Positions 18,018 through 27,804 of a stretch of DNA of 64,000 nucleotides are shown here, piece after piece (the stretch's first letter is position 1; every line of letters starts with the position of its first letter). The notes beneath the pieces are model-generated. The model did not search any database. It was not told the origin of the DNA and saw only the letters and a program-made list of their open reading frames with translations. Both the position numbers and the translations under genes were made by a program. This DNA comes from Anaerolineales bacterium (GTDB taxonomy: Bacteria; Chloroflexota; Anaerolineae; Anaerolineales; E44-bin32), in assembly GCA_036397095.1 (NCBI GenBank), contig DASWJQ010000195.1:44070-108069 (forward strand), given 5' to 3'.

Positions 18018-18761
18018 TCATGCCGCCAGCAGCACCCCCGCCGCCAGCATTAGGTTGAGGCCGAGCAAGTACAGATCGGCGGCCGCCCCTACCAGCTCGG
18101 CGTTCCAGGTCGCGGGGGACTCGGTCTGACCTCGAAGGTCCACCTGGGCAGGCGCTCCGTCCGACCCTCCCCGGGTGGACTCCGGCGGTCGGACTGCGGC
18201 CGGACCACTGTGGACATCCAGCCCCACGGCCCACAGCGCGGTCAGGCCGGTGAACAACTGCAGACCTACGCCGGCCCACAACCGTCGGATTCCGGGTCCC
18301 GCCGCCAGCAGCCAGACGGCGATCCAACCCAGCAGGTAGGCCCAGGTCCCCAGCCACAGAACGCGGGGCCACAGACTGCGACCCGCACCGCCGGCCAACC
18401 GAGCCCACAGCCAGCCGGGCCAGCGACTCAGGCCCAATGCCAATCCGCCTGCCAGCAGCGCGCCGGCCAGGCCAAGCGTCGCCGGCATGTTTGGCGCTTC
18501 CGGTAGGCCCAGGGTGGCGGTGACCAGGCCCACCGCCAGCGCCAATCCGAGCAAGGCCCATACGGTCCAGCCTGCCCGCTGGTTGCGACCGAGCGACAGC
18601 AACAGAAACGCCAGGCACGCCAACAGCAGAGGCAGCGCCGGCGGCACGCCAGGCATCCGCGTGATTAGACGGGCACCCAGCCATGTGCCGGCTCCGGCCA
18701 ACGCCGCCAATGGCAGAATGCCGGTGGCCAGACCCAGAACTTGCCTGGTAGACGCGGTCAT
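18018..18761 (-). CDS. Polytopic membrane protein, last gene of the Tad operon
   Basis: Exact mirror of 7098..7841. Confidence 0.5.
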   Translation of the reverse strand: MTASTRQVLGLATGILPLAALAGAGTWLGARLITRMPGVPPALPLLLACLAFLLLSLGRNQRAGWTVWALLGLALAVGLVTATLGLPEAPNMPATLGLAGALLAGGLALGLSRWPGWLWARLAGGAGRSLWPRVLWLGTWAYLLGWIAVWLLAAGPGIRRLWAGVGLQLFTGLTALWAVGLDVHSGPAAVRPPESTRGGSDGAPAQVDLRGQTESPATWNAELVGAAADLYLLGLNLMLAAGVLLAA

Positions 18762-19333
18762 CGCTGCGGAATTTGGGACCGGGCTTCGACTTGAAGCTGC
18801 ACCCATTCGCGGTCGAGCAATCCGGCCAGCAGAATCACCATCTGGCGGGTGATCGTCACCGAGAAGGTCAGTCGCTCATCCTCGGGTTCGTAGTGCTGGG
18901 GGTAATCGAGATCCAACGCCTCGACCCCCGCCTCCCCCGGCACAATGCTGTTCAGGTTGGCGTAGTTGGCCGCAATCCCCTGGGCCGTCGCCTGAACCTC
19001 AGGGCCCGCCAGCGTCGCCCGGTCGTCGTCGGACAACCAATGCTGGATTGCCGCCGGTTCAGGCGTGGCCGTACAGACGCCGCCGTCTGCACCGAAGTCT
19101 CCGTCGGGGACGCATGGTGGCAAGCCTGCCGCTTCTGTTTGACGCGGAACAGCCAGCGTCACCATGGCGTCGGCGACATAACCGATACCGGCATCGGCCG
19201 CCGCTTGCGCTCCCCGCCGCAGTTCGGCTCGGGCCAAATAGAGCCGCCCGCCATCGACTCCCAGGGCCAGGAGCAGCAAGGCGACCATCAAGACAATCGC
19301 CACGACCACCACCACCTGGCCCCTGTTGTTCAT
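18758..19333 (-). CDS. TadG-like pilus assembly protein
   Basis: Exact mirror of 6526..7101. Confidence 0.55.
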   Translation of the reverse strand: MNNRGQVVVVVAIVLMVALLLLALGVDGGRLYLARAELRRGAQAAADAGIGYVADAMVTLAVPRQTEAAGLPPCVPDGDFGADGGVCTATPEPAAIQHWLSDDDRATLAGPEVQATAQGIAANYANLNSIVPGEAGVEALDLDYPQHYEPEDERLTFSVTITRQMVILLAGLLDREWVQLQVEARSQIPQR

Positions 19334-19767
19334 GGATTCTGGTACTCGATGCGGCTGACGGCGCGGGCCTGCAGCTGCACCTGCAGCGTACCCGGCAGAT
19401 ACAGCGGATAGTCATAGGACAGCGTCACTCGGATCGGGTGGCCGCGCGGCTCGGGCCATGGTTCGGTGCGCGGCCATTCGTCCTGGTTGGGCTCGATCGA
19501 CACCGCCAGCCTTGAGGGGTCGAGCAGGTAAAGGGAGCCGTCGATGGCACCGCGAATTTCGGCATCGCCGACGGCCGGGTTCAGAATTGTGGCGCCAGCC
19601 CGGGCACCTTCCCAGGCGGCTTGCGTTAGCTCGAGTTGCGCCGCCATCAGCAGGCCCAAATTGATCAGCCCGATTGTCACCAGCAGCAAGACCGGCAGGA
19701 CGGCGGCGAACTCGACAAGCGCCTGTCCGCCGCACCGGTCACCGGCCGCCGGACTTCCCTGCTTCAA
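19330..19767 (-). CDS. TadE-like protein
   Basis: Exact mirror of 6092..6529. Confidence 0.7.
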   Translation of the reverse strand: MKQGSPAAGDRCGGQALVEFAAVLPVLLLVTIGLINLGLLMAAQLELTQAAWEGARAGATILNPAVGDAEIRGAIDGSLYLLDPSRLAVSIEPNQDEWPRTEPWPEPRGHPIRVTLSYDYPLYLPGTLQVQLQARAVSRIEYQNP

Positions 19768-19768
19768 G

Positions 19769-20614
19769 CTAACGCCCCAAGAATAAGTGGAGCAATGGCG
19801 GCGCCAGATAAATGATGAGCATCGACGGCAGGAAGAACAGGACCAGCGGGAAGACGATCAGCACCGGCAGGCGCCGGCTGGCTTCCTGGGCCCGGCGCCG
19901 CCGTTCGGCCCGCAGCAACCGGGCTTGGACACGCAGGGTCTTGGCCAGCGAAGTTCCGAGACGTTCCGCCTGCTGGACAGAGGCGGCGAAACTGCGCAGA
20001 TCGGTTGAGGGCAGCTCGAGCGTGAGACGTCCCATTACCTCTCCCTTGGTCAGACCGGCGTCCAGCCGGAACAGAGCACGGCGTAGTCCAACGCCGAGGG
20101 CCCGATCCAACGAAAAAGCGGCACGGCGAAAGGCAGTCTCAAATCCGAGACCCGCCTCCAGGGACAGGATCAGCCGGTCGAGCAAGGCAGGTAGGTCGGC
20201 TTCGACCTCCTGCCTTCGCCGGTCTTGGCGGGCCTGCAGCCAAAGTTGCGGCCCCCAGATTCCCAACACCAGCACGAGCAATCCCAAAAACCCGGCAATG
20301 ACTCCGCGGCCAAGAAAGCGCCAGGACGCCAGAGCAACCAGCGACGCCACCAGCCAACCCAGCCAGCGCAGCCCGACAAACGCTTCCGCCGGCCAGGGCA
20401 GGCCAGCCCGACGCAGCCGCAGATCCATTTGGTCCCCAGACCATCTGCGGGCAGGAGCGCCGGGAACGGGCACCAGTCTCAGCCAACCGGCCGCGCTTGA
20501 TCCCCAGTTGGCCTTCGGGAGTAGTGGCCGGCGAGCGCCAAGCCGGTGGATCAGGCTGTACACCAACAGACCGAAGGCGCAACCAACCAGGCCGCCAATG
20601 AGCAATGGGCCCAT
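19769..20614 (-). CDS. tadC: TadC-like T2SS-F membrane protein
   Basis: Exact mirror of 5245..6090. Confidence 0.65.
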   Translation of the reverse strand: MGPLLIGGLVGCAFGLLVYSLIHRLGARRPLLPKANWGSSAAGWLRLVPVPGAPARRWSGDQMDLRLRRAGLPWPAEAFVGLRWLGWLVASLVALASWRFLGRGVIAGFLGLLVLVLGIWGPQLWLQARQDRRRQEVEADLPALLDRLILSLEAGLGFETAFRRAAFSLDRALGVGLRRALFRLDAGLTKGEVMGRLTLELPSTDLRSFAASVQQAERLGTSLAKTLRVQARLLRAERRRRAQEASRRLPVLIVFPLVLFFLPSMLIIYLAPPLLHLFLGR

Positions 20615-21706
20615 CTACACCGCCCTTCGAATGAGCATGGACATCACTGCCCACCCCGCAAGCAGCAATAGCAATGAAATGACCAAGAGCACTTGTCCGA
20701 GCAACGTCTCGAACAACACGTCGATGTAGCGCGGGTTGAACAAGAGCAGGATGCCCGCCGACACCGGAACCAGTCCAGCAATTACGCTGCCCGACAGTCG
20801 CCCTTGCGCACTTACGGCCCGCACTTCCTTGGCCAACTCGATCCGCTCACGAATCAAGCCGGCCATCTCCTTGAGCAACTCGATGAGGTTGCCACCAAGC
20901 CTGCGCTGCAATTGGATGGCTTCTACGATCAATGCCAACTGTTCGCCGGGTTGTTCTTCAAGCAACCGATCGAGGGCTTCATCGACGGGCATCCCCAGGG
21001 ACAGACGTCGGGCAAGTTGAGCCAACCTGGCTGCCACTGGCTTCGGTAGTTCAGTGGCTGCATAGCCGACGGCTCCTTCAAATGCCAGCCCAGCAGCCAG
21101 GCCCGAGGCGATGGCATCCAGGGCCTCCGGCAACAGCTCGTCGAAGCGCCGCTCGGCTGCGATGGCCCGGCGCCTGACCCAACTGCCTGGTGCCAGCGGC
21201 AGAGTCAGGCCAAAGGCCAGTCCCAGTAGCGGACCAGCCAGCGCATACCCCACCAGGGCTCCAACGACCAACGCGCTCCCCAAGAGCAGCAAATAGCGAG
21301 AGGCTCGGTCGCCGAAACCGGCCGACTGCCATTCGGCGCTCCTCGTTCGTCCCCAAGCAGTGCGCAACAGCGGGCCAGTCAGGAACTCGAGGGGATCCCC
21401 AACTCGTCGGCGCCAGCGACGAACAGGGGAATCCATGGCCTGCTCGGCATAGCCGGCTCGCGCCACCAGTCTTGCTCGCCACGCCCGACCAATGATGGAT
21501 CGCTCATAACCGAGCAATCCAAGTCCGGCGAGCAGCCACACGAAGGCGCCAATCACCAGGGCGACCATCAGATGCGGCTCGGCAGTGTGCCAGGCCACCA
21601 ACTGATCCCGGTTCCAGTAGGCAATCGTCGTGACTGCTGCCATCAGCAGGAGCGATGCCAGGCTGGAGGTCCCCCACCCGCGTAATGCCGTACGCCTCAT
21701 CCTCAT
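20615..21706 (-). CDS. tadB: TadB-like T2SS-F membrane protein
   Basis: Exact mirror of 4153..5244. Confidence 0.7.
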   Translation of the reverse strand: MRMRRTALRGWGTSSLASLLLMAAVTTIAYWNRDQLVAWHTAEPHLMVALVIGAFVWLLAGLGLLGYERSIIGRAWRARLVARAGYAEQAMDSPVRRWRRRVGDPLEFLTGPLLRTAWGRTRSAEWQSAGFGDRASRYLLLLGSALVVGALVGYALAGPLLGLAFGLTLPLAPGSWVRRRAIAAERRFDELLPEALDAIASGLAAGLAFEGAVGYAATELPKPVAARLAQLARRLSLGMPVDEALDRLLEEQPGEQLALIVEAIQLQRRLGGNLIELLKEMAGLIRERIELAKEVRAVSAQGRLSGSVIAGLVPVSAGILLLFNPRYIDVLFETLLGQVLLVISLLLLLAGWAVMSMLIRRAV

Positions 21707-22917
21707 CCAAGCCCACCCATCAAATCCTGGTGGACTCCTTGCTTGGGGTCAAATCTGAAGAGTGGAACCAATTCCAGGCTCTCGGGCGTGCGTTTGCGCA
21801 GCCTAGTGATCGAAGTCAACACGCGTCGGCCATCGGCCCGGCGGTCTTGTTGGACGATCAAATCCACAGCGCCGCCGATCATGCGGCGAATGGCGCTGAC
21901 CGGGATTTCAAAGCCGGCCATCAAGACCATCGACTCGAGCCGGGTTAACGCATCCGACGGAGAATTGGCATGCAGGGTTGTCAGCGAACCGCGATGACCA
22001 GTATTCATTGCCTGCAGCATGTCAAATGCTTCTTCGCCCCGAACCTCTCCCACGATGATCCGGTCGGGGCGCATCCGCAGGGCGTTGCGCACCAGGCGCC
22101 GGATGCTGACTTCACCTTCTCCTTCAAGGTTTGGTGGACGGGATTCGAGCGAAATCCAATGGCTATGGCGCAGCTGCAATTCAGCCGAATCTTCGATGCT
22201 GATGAGCCGCTCCCCGGCCGGAATGCACAGACTGAGGGCGTTGAGCGTTGTGGTCTTGCCTGAGCCGGTCCCGCCTGAAATGATCACGCTCAACCGCTGC
22301 CGCACGCAGCGGTCCAGAAAGCGGGCCATCTGCTGGCTGACCGTCCCCAGGCTAACGAGCCGCTCCAGGGTAAACGGGTCGCCACCGAACTTGCGAATGG
22401 TGAGCGCCGGTCCCCCAACCGCCAACGGGGGGATGATGGCGTTGACGCGCGAGCCGTCGGGTAGGCGGGCATCGACCAACGGCGAGGCCTCGTCAATCCG
22501 CCGGCCGATGGGTCCGACAATGCGATCGATGATGTGCAACAGATGTTGGTCGTCGGCCAAGTGCACATCGGTGTGCACAAGAACCCCGTCACGTTCGATG
22601 AACACATGGTCGGGATCATTGACCATGATCTCGGTGATTGAAGGGTCGTCGAGCAATGGCTGCAATGGGCCAAGCCCGTCGATGCGATCGACCACCGTTC
22701 GGACCAGATCTTCAAGCTCGGATTCGGTCAACAGCAGATTGCGCCGAGCGAGAATTCGGTGGGCGTGTGCCGCCAATGCGGGTTTGTCGGGCACCGCTGC
22801 CAGATCGCCCGGCTCAAGGGCGCCTTCCAACTGGTCGATGATGGTCCGGTGAAGCCAGGCCTCGACCGCACCGGGCTGACGGTCGTCTTGAGAGGAATGC
22901 TCCCGACGATCCTTCAT
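21703..22917 (-). CDS. cpaF: Tad pilus secretion ATPase CpaF/TadA
   Basis: Exact mirror of 2942..4156. Confidence 0.9.
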   Translation of the reverse strand: MKDRREHSSQDDRQPGAVEAWLHRTIIDQLEGALEPGDLAAVPDKPALAAHAHRILARRNLLLTESELEDLVRTVVDRIDGLGPLQPLLDDPSITEIMVNDPDHVFIERDGVLVHTDVHLADDQHLLHIIDRIVGPIGRRIDEASPLVDARLPDGSRVNAIIPPLAVGGPALTIRKFGGDPFTLERLVSLGTVSQQMARFLDRCVRQRLSVIISGGTGSGKTTTLNALSLCIPAGERLISIEDSAELQLRHSHWISLESRPPNLEGEGEVSIRRLVRNALRMRPDRIIVGEVRGEEAFDMLQAMNTGHRGSLTTLHANSPSDALTRLESMVLMAGFEIPVSAIRRMIGGAVDLIVQQDRRADGRRVLTSITRLRKRTPESLELVPLFRFDPKQGVHQDLMGGLG

Positions 22918-23624
22918 GCGTTGGCTGCCTCCGACGCCAGCGCACGAGCGGCTCGCGTGGCCAGAGCCTCGACAGCCGGCCCCCAGGTCCGCTGGCTTCC
23001 ACTCACTTGGCCAAAGTGAATTTTGTTAAACGCCAGGTGCTCGGCAGCCGGAATAACGCCCGCCAGCGGCAACTGGCAACCGCCCGCCAACTGCTCTGGC
23101 GTAAGCGGGGTCCCTGCTGACCACTGGTTCACAACCAACCCGGCTCGCTGCCGAACCGCCGGCGGCCATTCGTCGGCCAACCGGCGGGCAGCGCGCAGCG
23201 CACCCGGGTCGGTCGTCGTAACCAGCAAAAGATGGTCGGCAAGCCCGGCCAGGGCTCCCTGGGGTCTGATGGCCGATCGCTCGGTGTCAACCAGCACGAA
23301 CCCCCCCAGGCCGGCCAGAGAAGTGAGGAGTTCTCCCGTCATTGACGGACCACAGTCAGCCGGCGCCGCCAGCAGGCGCAGGTTGGGCCCGGCTTCAATG
23401 GCGACGGCCGCCAGGTGCCGGCCGGTTAGCTCCGGGGCCAGCCGCAGCAGATCGGACCAGTCGTGTGCGACCGGCACATCAAGGAGCAGGTCAGCGATGC
23501 CAGCAACCCGGACAGCATCAACCAACAGAACCGGCTGCCGGCGGGCAAGCGTTCGCGCCAGACCGGCGGCCAGCATCGACGTGCCGACACCGCCTTTGGC
23601 GCCAACAAGCAGGATGGTGGGCAT
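22914..23624 (-). CDS. TadZ/CpaE-like ParA/MinD-family ATPase
   Basis: Exact mirror of 2235..2945. Confidence 0.65.
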   Translation of the reverse strand: MPTILLVGAKGGVGTSMLAAGLARTLARRQPVLLVDAVRVAGIADLLLDVPVAHDWSDLLRLAPELTGRHLAAVAIEAGPNLRLLAAPADCGPSMTGELLTSLAGLGGFVLVDTERSAIRPQGALAGLADHLLLVTTTDPGALRAARRLADEWPPAVRQRAGLVVNQWSAGTPLTPEQLAGGCQLPLAGVIPAAEHLAFNKIHFGQVSGSQRTWGPAVEALATRAARALASEAANA

Positions 23625-23627
23625 CCC

Positions 23628-24296
23628 TCACCCGCCTCGTGGTCGCAGCAGAGGCAACAGCTGAAACCCATTCGCCCGGGCGTAGACAACGGCGATCGCC
23701 TCTTGCAGCGTCACGGCGAGCGTGACTTGATTGCCCCCGCCGCTGCTTGGCGCCACCAGAATCTCGACCGCTTCGACGACCACCCCGGCCGTCTCGGCGG
23801 GCTGGCTGACGGCGTAGGCCAAGAGATCCAAGCGGTCACCCCGATCCAGTTCCGGCAGGGGTGTTACGAGCCAACCTGCGGGCAGTACCATTGCCCAGCG
23901 CCCGTCCGGTAGGCGAGCCGAAAGACCCCCGCCACCGCTGCCTGCCAAGTCTCGCTCCAGGATGATCTCGCCGGGTGCGACCGGGTTAACCACAACCCGG
24001 CCGCTCACTTGCTCTGCTGTGACCAACGCACCTGTTGGCAGGATGCCAGGGGGCACGGCGCGCGCCTCGATTTGTTCCGCCTGGATCGCCGCTCCCGGCC
24101 GCAGCTCGACCAAGGCTACGATGGCCTCGGTGGTGGCTATGCTGCGCTGGCGGATGTCTTCCAGGTACAGGTAGGTGGCAATGCCAGCCAGCAAGGCTAG
24201 CAAAAACGCCAAAAGCAAATAAAGAGGAGCGCGCGAACGGACGGCGCTTGGCCAGGCTGGTGTCGTTTGGGGTGGATCGGGTGTCGTTTGCGCCAT
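23628..24296 (-). CDS. cpaB: CpaB/RcpC-like Flp pilus assembly protein
   Basis: Exact mirror of 1563..2231. Confidence 0.7.
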   Translation of the reverse strand: MAQTTPDPPQTTPAWPSAVRSRAPLYLLLAFLLALLAGIATYLYLEDIRQRSIATTEAIVALVELRPGAAIQAEQIEARAVPPGILPTGALVTAEQVSGRVVVNPVAPGEIILERDLAGSGGGGLSARLPDGRWAMVLPAGWLVTPLPELDRGDRLDLLAYAVSQPAETAGVVVEAVEILVAPSSGGGNQVTLAVTLQEAIAVVYARANGFQLLPLLRPRGG

Positions 24297-24354
24297 GTCC
24301 CCCTCACATGGGCCGAACGAGGTCTTCCTATATTAGATCAGACGATCTCAGATT

Positions 24355-24849
24355 TCAATCGCCGGACGAACCGGCCAGCAGCGGGCCGCCGGAACCGGCG
24401 TCCTGCGGCTGGGTTCGGTGGGCACTGTAGGGCCAGTAGAGCGCCACCCCCAGCAGGCTGGTGACGATGCCGATCACCAGGCCCAGCGTCTGCACCGGGC
24501 CAAAGTAGACAAACGGCATGCGGTGGGCGCCGATCGAGATGAAGTCGGCCAGCGAGGCCACCGCCGCCAGCACGTAGCCGGTGGCCACCAGGCGCAGGCC
24601 AATGTCGGCCCGCAGACTGTTGGGATGGCCGTTGCGGATGACGCGCACCGCCAGCGTGCCGCTCAACAGCAGCAGCCCCAGGCCCACTAGCCAGACGCCG
24701 ATCTGGACGAAGCCCACCACCGGGCTGCGGTCCATGCCGATGAAATCCGGCTCGACGCCGACCAAAAACAGCAGCAGGCCGAGCAGGGCCAGCGTCATCC
24801 AATAGCGGGCCCAACGGGATTGGCGGGTAGTCAGCGGGCTAAGCGGCAT
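24355..24849 (-). CDS. Hypothetical polytopic membrane protein
   Basis: Exact mirror of 1010..1504. Confidence 0.5.
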   Translation of the reverse strand: MPLSPLTTRQSRWARYWMTLALLGLLLFLVGVEPDFIGMDRSPVVGFVQIGVWLVGLGLLLLSGTLAVRVIRNGHPNSLRADIGLRLVATGYVLAAVASLADFISIGAHRMPFVYFGPVQTLGLVIGIVTSLLGVALYWPYSAHRTQPQDAGSGGPLLAGSSGD

Positions 24850-25934
24850 CAATCCGACGGGGGTAGGGCTCGCTCCAGCAGGCGGATCCAGTTGTTTCCA
24901 AGGACCCCTAGCATATCACTTTCCTGGTAGCCACGGGCCAACAGGGCCTGGCCGATCTTGCCCAGGTCGGCAATGCTGTCCAGCCCCACGGGCACCTGAT
25001 CCAGGCCAAAGCCGCCGTCGAAATCCGAGCCGAGGGCCACATGCCGGGCGTCGCCGGCCAGCTGGCAGATGGCGTCGATGTGGTCAACCACGTGCTCGAT
25101 CGTCACCAGCTCACGCGGATCGCCGGGCTGCCAGCCGTCCTTGAGAAATTTGTTGGCCAGCACGACACCGATGACGGCATCGCGCTCGACCAGGCCGCCA
25201 ATGACATCATCATGCAAATGGCGCTCGGGGTACCTGCTGTGGGGCACCAGCCGGCGGACGTTGGCGTGCGACGCCAGCAAGGAGCCCGGGTAGCGGTCGA
25301 CCGCCTGGCGGGCGGCTTCGTCGGACAAGTGGCTGACATCGAGCAGCATGCCCAGTTGGGCCATCACCTCGAGCAAGGCAAAGCCCTCATGGGTGAAAGG
25401 GCCGGGGTCGTAGCACGAGCCGGCATAGCGGGTGCGGTCCCAAGCCGGCCCGACGATGCGCAGGCCGCGCCCGTACCATTCTTCCAGTTCCTGCGGCGCC
25501 CGCACGCCGTCGGCGCCCTCCATCAGCAGCAGCCAGCCCAACTTGCGTTGGTCCGCCTTCGCCTCCCAGGCGGCCAGGTGCGTCGCCAGGCCGGTCTGGC
25601 TGGTGATCAACTGGAACTTGTCGGGGTGGTCGTCGGCCAGCCGCTCATACAGATCGAGCTGGCCCCAGTAGCGCCAGTGGGCCTGGGCGCTGTCCTCGTA
25701 AATGACGTGATCCCACGCACCCATCTGCCAGCGTTTAGGGCTGGCGAACAGGACGGCAAAGGTCAGCCCAACCTGGCCCTCGATCCAATCGGGCCAACCG
25801 AGCAGCGCCTGCCCGTTGTGCTCGACGGTCGGGCCGCCGGCCTCCAGCGCCCTGGTGGCCTCGACCGAGCGTGTGTAATCGCGGCCAAAGGTCTCAATGT
25901 TCCAGGCCAGGTCTTCGTGCCCATCCACGATCAT
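24849..25934 (-). CDS. Membrane dipeptidase (peptidase M19 family), complete copy
   Basis: 361 aa from the ATG at 25934, which forms an ATGA overlap with the upstream LLM gene stop. MIVDGHEDLAWN, HLSDEA, SHANVR, GSDFDGG. The gene crosses the right end of the palindrome at 25858. Confidence 0.85.
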   Translation of the reverse strand: MIVDGHEDLAWNIETFGRDYTRSVEATRALEAGGPTVEHNGQALLGWPDWIEGQVGLTFAVLFASPKRWQMGAWDHVIYEDSAQAHWRYWGQLDLYERLADDHPDKFQLITSQTGLATHLAAWEAKADQRKLGWLLLMEGADGVRAPQELEEWYGRGLRIVGPAWDRTRYAGSCYDPGPFTHEGFALLEVMAQLGMLLDVSHLSDEAARQAVDRYPGSLLASHANVRRLVPHSRYPERHLHDDVIGGLVERDAVIGVVLANKFLKDGWQPGDPRELVTIEHVVDHIDAICQLAGDARHVALGSDFDGGFGLDQVPVGLDSIADLGKIGQALLARGYQESDMLGVLGNNWIRLLERALPPSD

Positions 25935-26932
25935 GATTGCCACCCTGCCAGCAGCCGGCGCCAATCCTCGTCACGCTCGCCGGCCCGGAACGGCCGGTAG
26001 ATCGTCAACCGGTCGGCCAGGCCCTGATAGCGCCGGCGCAGGGCGGCGCCCAGTTCCTCGGCCGGCGCCACGACCGCCACCTGTTCCAGCATGTCGTCCG
26101 GCACCTCGGCGCCCATCGCCGCCCATTGGCCCCGACGGGCCAGCTGGCTCAAGCGTTCACCAACCGATTCCCAACCGTGAAGGGCCAACACACGCCGATA
26201 GGCCGGCGTCGAGGCATAGAAGGCGATTTGGCGCCGGACTTCGCCGGCTTCGTTTTCATCTTCAACAACGAATGCGGTCACCGACAGCGCCACCTGCGCC
26301 GGATCACGGCCGGCGGTCTCGGCGCCGGCGGCGATGGCCGGCCGCACCACCTGACGCAGGTAGTCGGCCGTGTGCAGCGGGTGGGCATGCAGCCCATCGG
26401 CCACCTCGCCGGCCAGCCGGGCCAACCCCGGGTTGACTGCCGCCAGGTAGACGGGAACGGCAGGCGAGTCAATTGGCGGCGGGCGAAAGAAGGGGGTCAT
26501 CAGGGTCAGCTTGTAGTACTGGCCGCGGAAGTCGAGCGGATCGCCATCCGACCAGCTGCGCCAGATGGCGCGCAGGGCCTCGACGAACTCGCGCTGTTGG
26601 GCCGGCGGCGACTCGGGCCAGGGCATGCCAAAGCGGCGCCGGATGTGGGCCCGCACCTGCGTGCCCAGGCCCAGAATGAAGCGGCCGGCGGAAGCGCCCG
26701 CCAGGTCCCAGGCAGTGTAGGCCACCGTCATCGGGCTGCGCGCCAGCGAAATAGCGACGGCCGTGCCCAGCGTCAACCGCTGGCTGTGCTCGGCGGCTAG
26801 GACCAGCGGCAGGAACGGGTCATGCTGAGTCTCGCTGGTCCACACACCGTCGAAGCCAAAGGCTTCGGCCTGACGGGCCAGTTCTGGGACCTGGGACAGC
26901 CTGTCCGGCACCAGGCCGGCATCAAGCAGCAT
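25931..26932 (-). CDS. Luciferase-like (LLM class) probable F420-dependent oxidoreductase
   Basis: 333 aa. N-terminus ...AEAFGFDGVWTSETQHDPF... and overall LLM TIM-barrel pattern. Family call from memory only. Confidence 0.65.
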   Translation of the reverse strand: MLLDAGLVPDRLSQVPELARQAEAFGFDGVWTSETQHDPFLPLVLAAEHSQRLTLGTAVAISLARSPMTVAYTAWDLAGASAGRFILGLGTQVRAHIRRRFGMPWPESPPAQQREFVEALRAIWRSWSDGDPLDFRGQYYKLTLMTPFFRPPPIDSPAVPVYLAAVNPGLARLAGEVADGLHAHPLHTADYLRQVVRPAIAAGAETAGRDPAQVALSVTAFVVEDENEAGEVRRQIAFYASTPAYRRVLALHGWESVGERLSQLARRGQWAAMGAEVPDDMLEQVAVVAPAEELGAALRRRYQGLADRLTIYRPFRAGERDEDWRRLLAGWQS

Positions 26933-26950
26933 GAGATCTCGTCTCGGATG

Positions 26951-27802
26951 TCAGCGGACGATGAACAGTGGGCAGCTCAGCCGGTTAGCCAGCTCGAGCA
27001 GCGCCTCGGGCGCAACGCCGGTCAGCCTGACCGGCAGTACCAGCAGACAATCCCGGTCGGCCACCGCCCGCCGCAGTTGGCGCTGCCAACCTTCGGCCGG
27101 CAGCGTTTCGAATGTGGCGGCCAGTTGGCGGGCTTGCATGGCCGCCGCCAGCTCGGCCCGCAGTTCTTCGGCGCTGGCCGGATCGGGCGCAAGCACGAAG
27201 ACATGCAGCCCGCGCTCGTGGCGCTGGGCCAGGTCGGCGGCGGCCTGCAGCGCCCGCTGGCCGAATTCCGATCCGTCGGTGACCACGCCAACCGAGCGGT
27301 TGAGACGGGCGTCAAACTGGAGCAGCATCGTCGGCCGCTGGCCCATGAGCAGCGCGGCTTGGGCCGTCGAACCCAACGCATGGCTGCCCGACCAGCCCGA
27401 CCGCCCCAGGATCACCAGATCGGCCTCATCGGCTCGCCGCAGCAGTTCGCGGGCAATGTCGCCGCGTGCCACCTCGAAGCGCCAGCGCACGCCGCGCCGG
27501 CCGGCTTGCTCGGCGATGGCGCCGCGCGCCCGGTCGGCCTGGGCCCGCAACTGGCGCTCCAAGTCCTTCAAAGCAAAGGTGCGCACCTGGGCCGTAACGT
27601 GGACCACTTCCCGGGCGAAGGGCAGCTGGGCCAGCCGCACCAGGTTCAGGTCCTCGATATACAAGCCCTCCACCTGGGCGTTCTGCTCGACCGCCAGGTT
27701 GAGGGCCGTCTCCAGCGCCGCCAGGCTGCTGGGCGAGGCGTCGATCCCCACCAGAATACGGCGGACGGTCGGGCCGTCCTGACCTACCGGCGCTTGGCTC
27801 AT
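26951..27802 (-). CDS. Tandem universal stress protein (two UspA-like domains)
   Basis: 283 aa. Two halves, each with an N-terminal (I/V)xVGxDxS-type strand (ILVGIDASPSS; VGVVTDGSEF) and a C-terminal G-x2-G(R)SG-like segment (LVILGRSGWSG). Confidence 0.65.
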   Translation of the reverse strand: MSQAPVGQDGPTVRRILVGIDASPSSLAALETALNLAVEQNAQVEGLYIEDLNLVRLAQLPFAREVVHVTAQVRTFALKDLERQLRAQADRARGAIAEQAGRRGVRWRFEVARGDIARELLRRADEADLVILGRSGWSGSHALGSTAQAALLMGQRPTMLLQFDARLNRSVGVVTDGSEFGQRALQAAADLAQRHERGLHVFVLAPDPASAEELRAELAAAMQARQLAATFETLPAEGWQRQLRRAVADRDCLLVLPVRLTGVAPEALLELANRLSCPLFIVR

Positions 27803-27804
27803 GG

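Larger units (their letters stand above)
1..25858. repeat. Giant perfect palindrome (inverted repeat, zero spacer): arm 1..12929 is the exact reverse complement of arm 12930..25858; left arm cut by the window edge
   Basis: Every ORF in 1..12929 has a mirror ORF with identical translation at 25859-x (e.g. 2942..4156+ = 21703..22917-). Spot-checked non-coding stretches (1-20 vs 25839-25858, 7861-7980 vs 17879-17998, 11221-11340 vs 14519-14638) are exact reverse complements. Centre reads ggcggccGA|TCggccgcc. Confidence 0.97.

Noticed and set aside
1563-24296. Two Tad operons (and two copies of 7 other genes) as genuine paralogous duplications
   Set aside because: The copies are 100% identical at the nucleotide level, including intergenic DNA, and are exact mirror images about one axis. 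They are one locus represented twice by the palindrome, not diverged paralogues.
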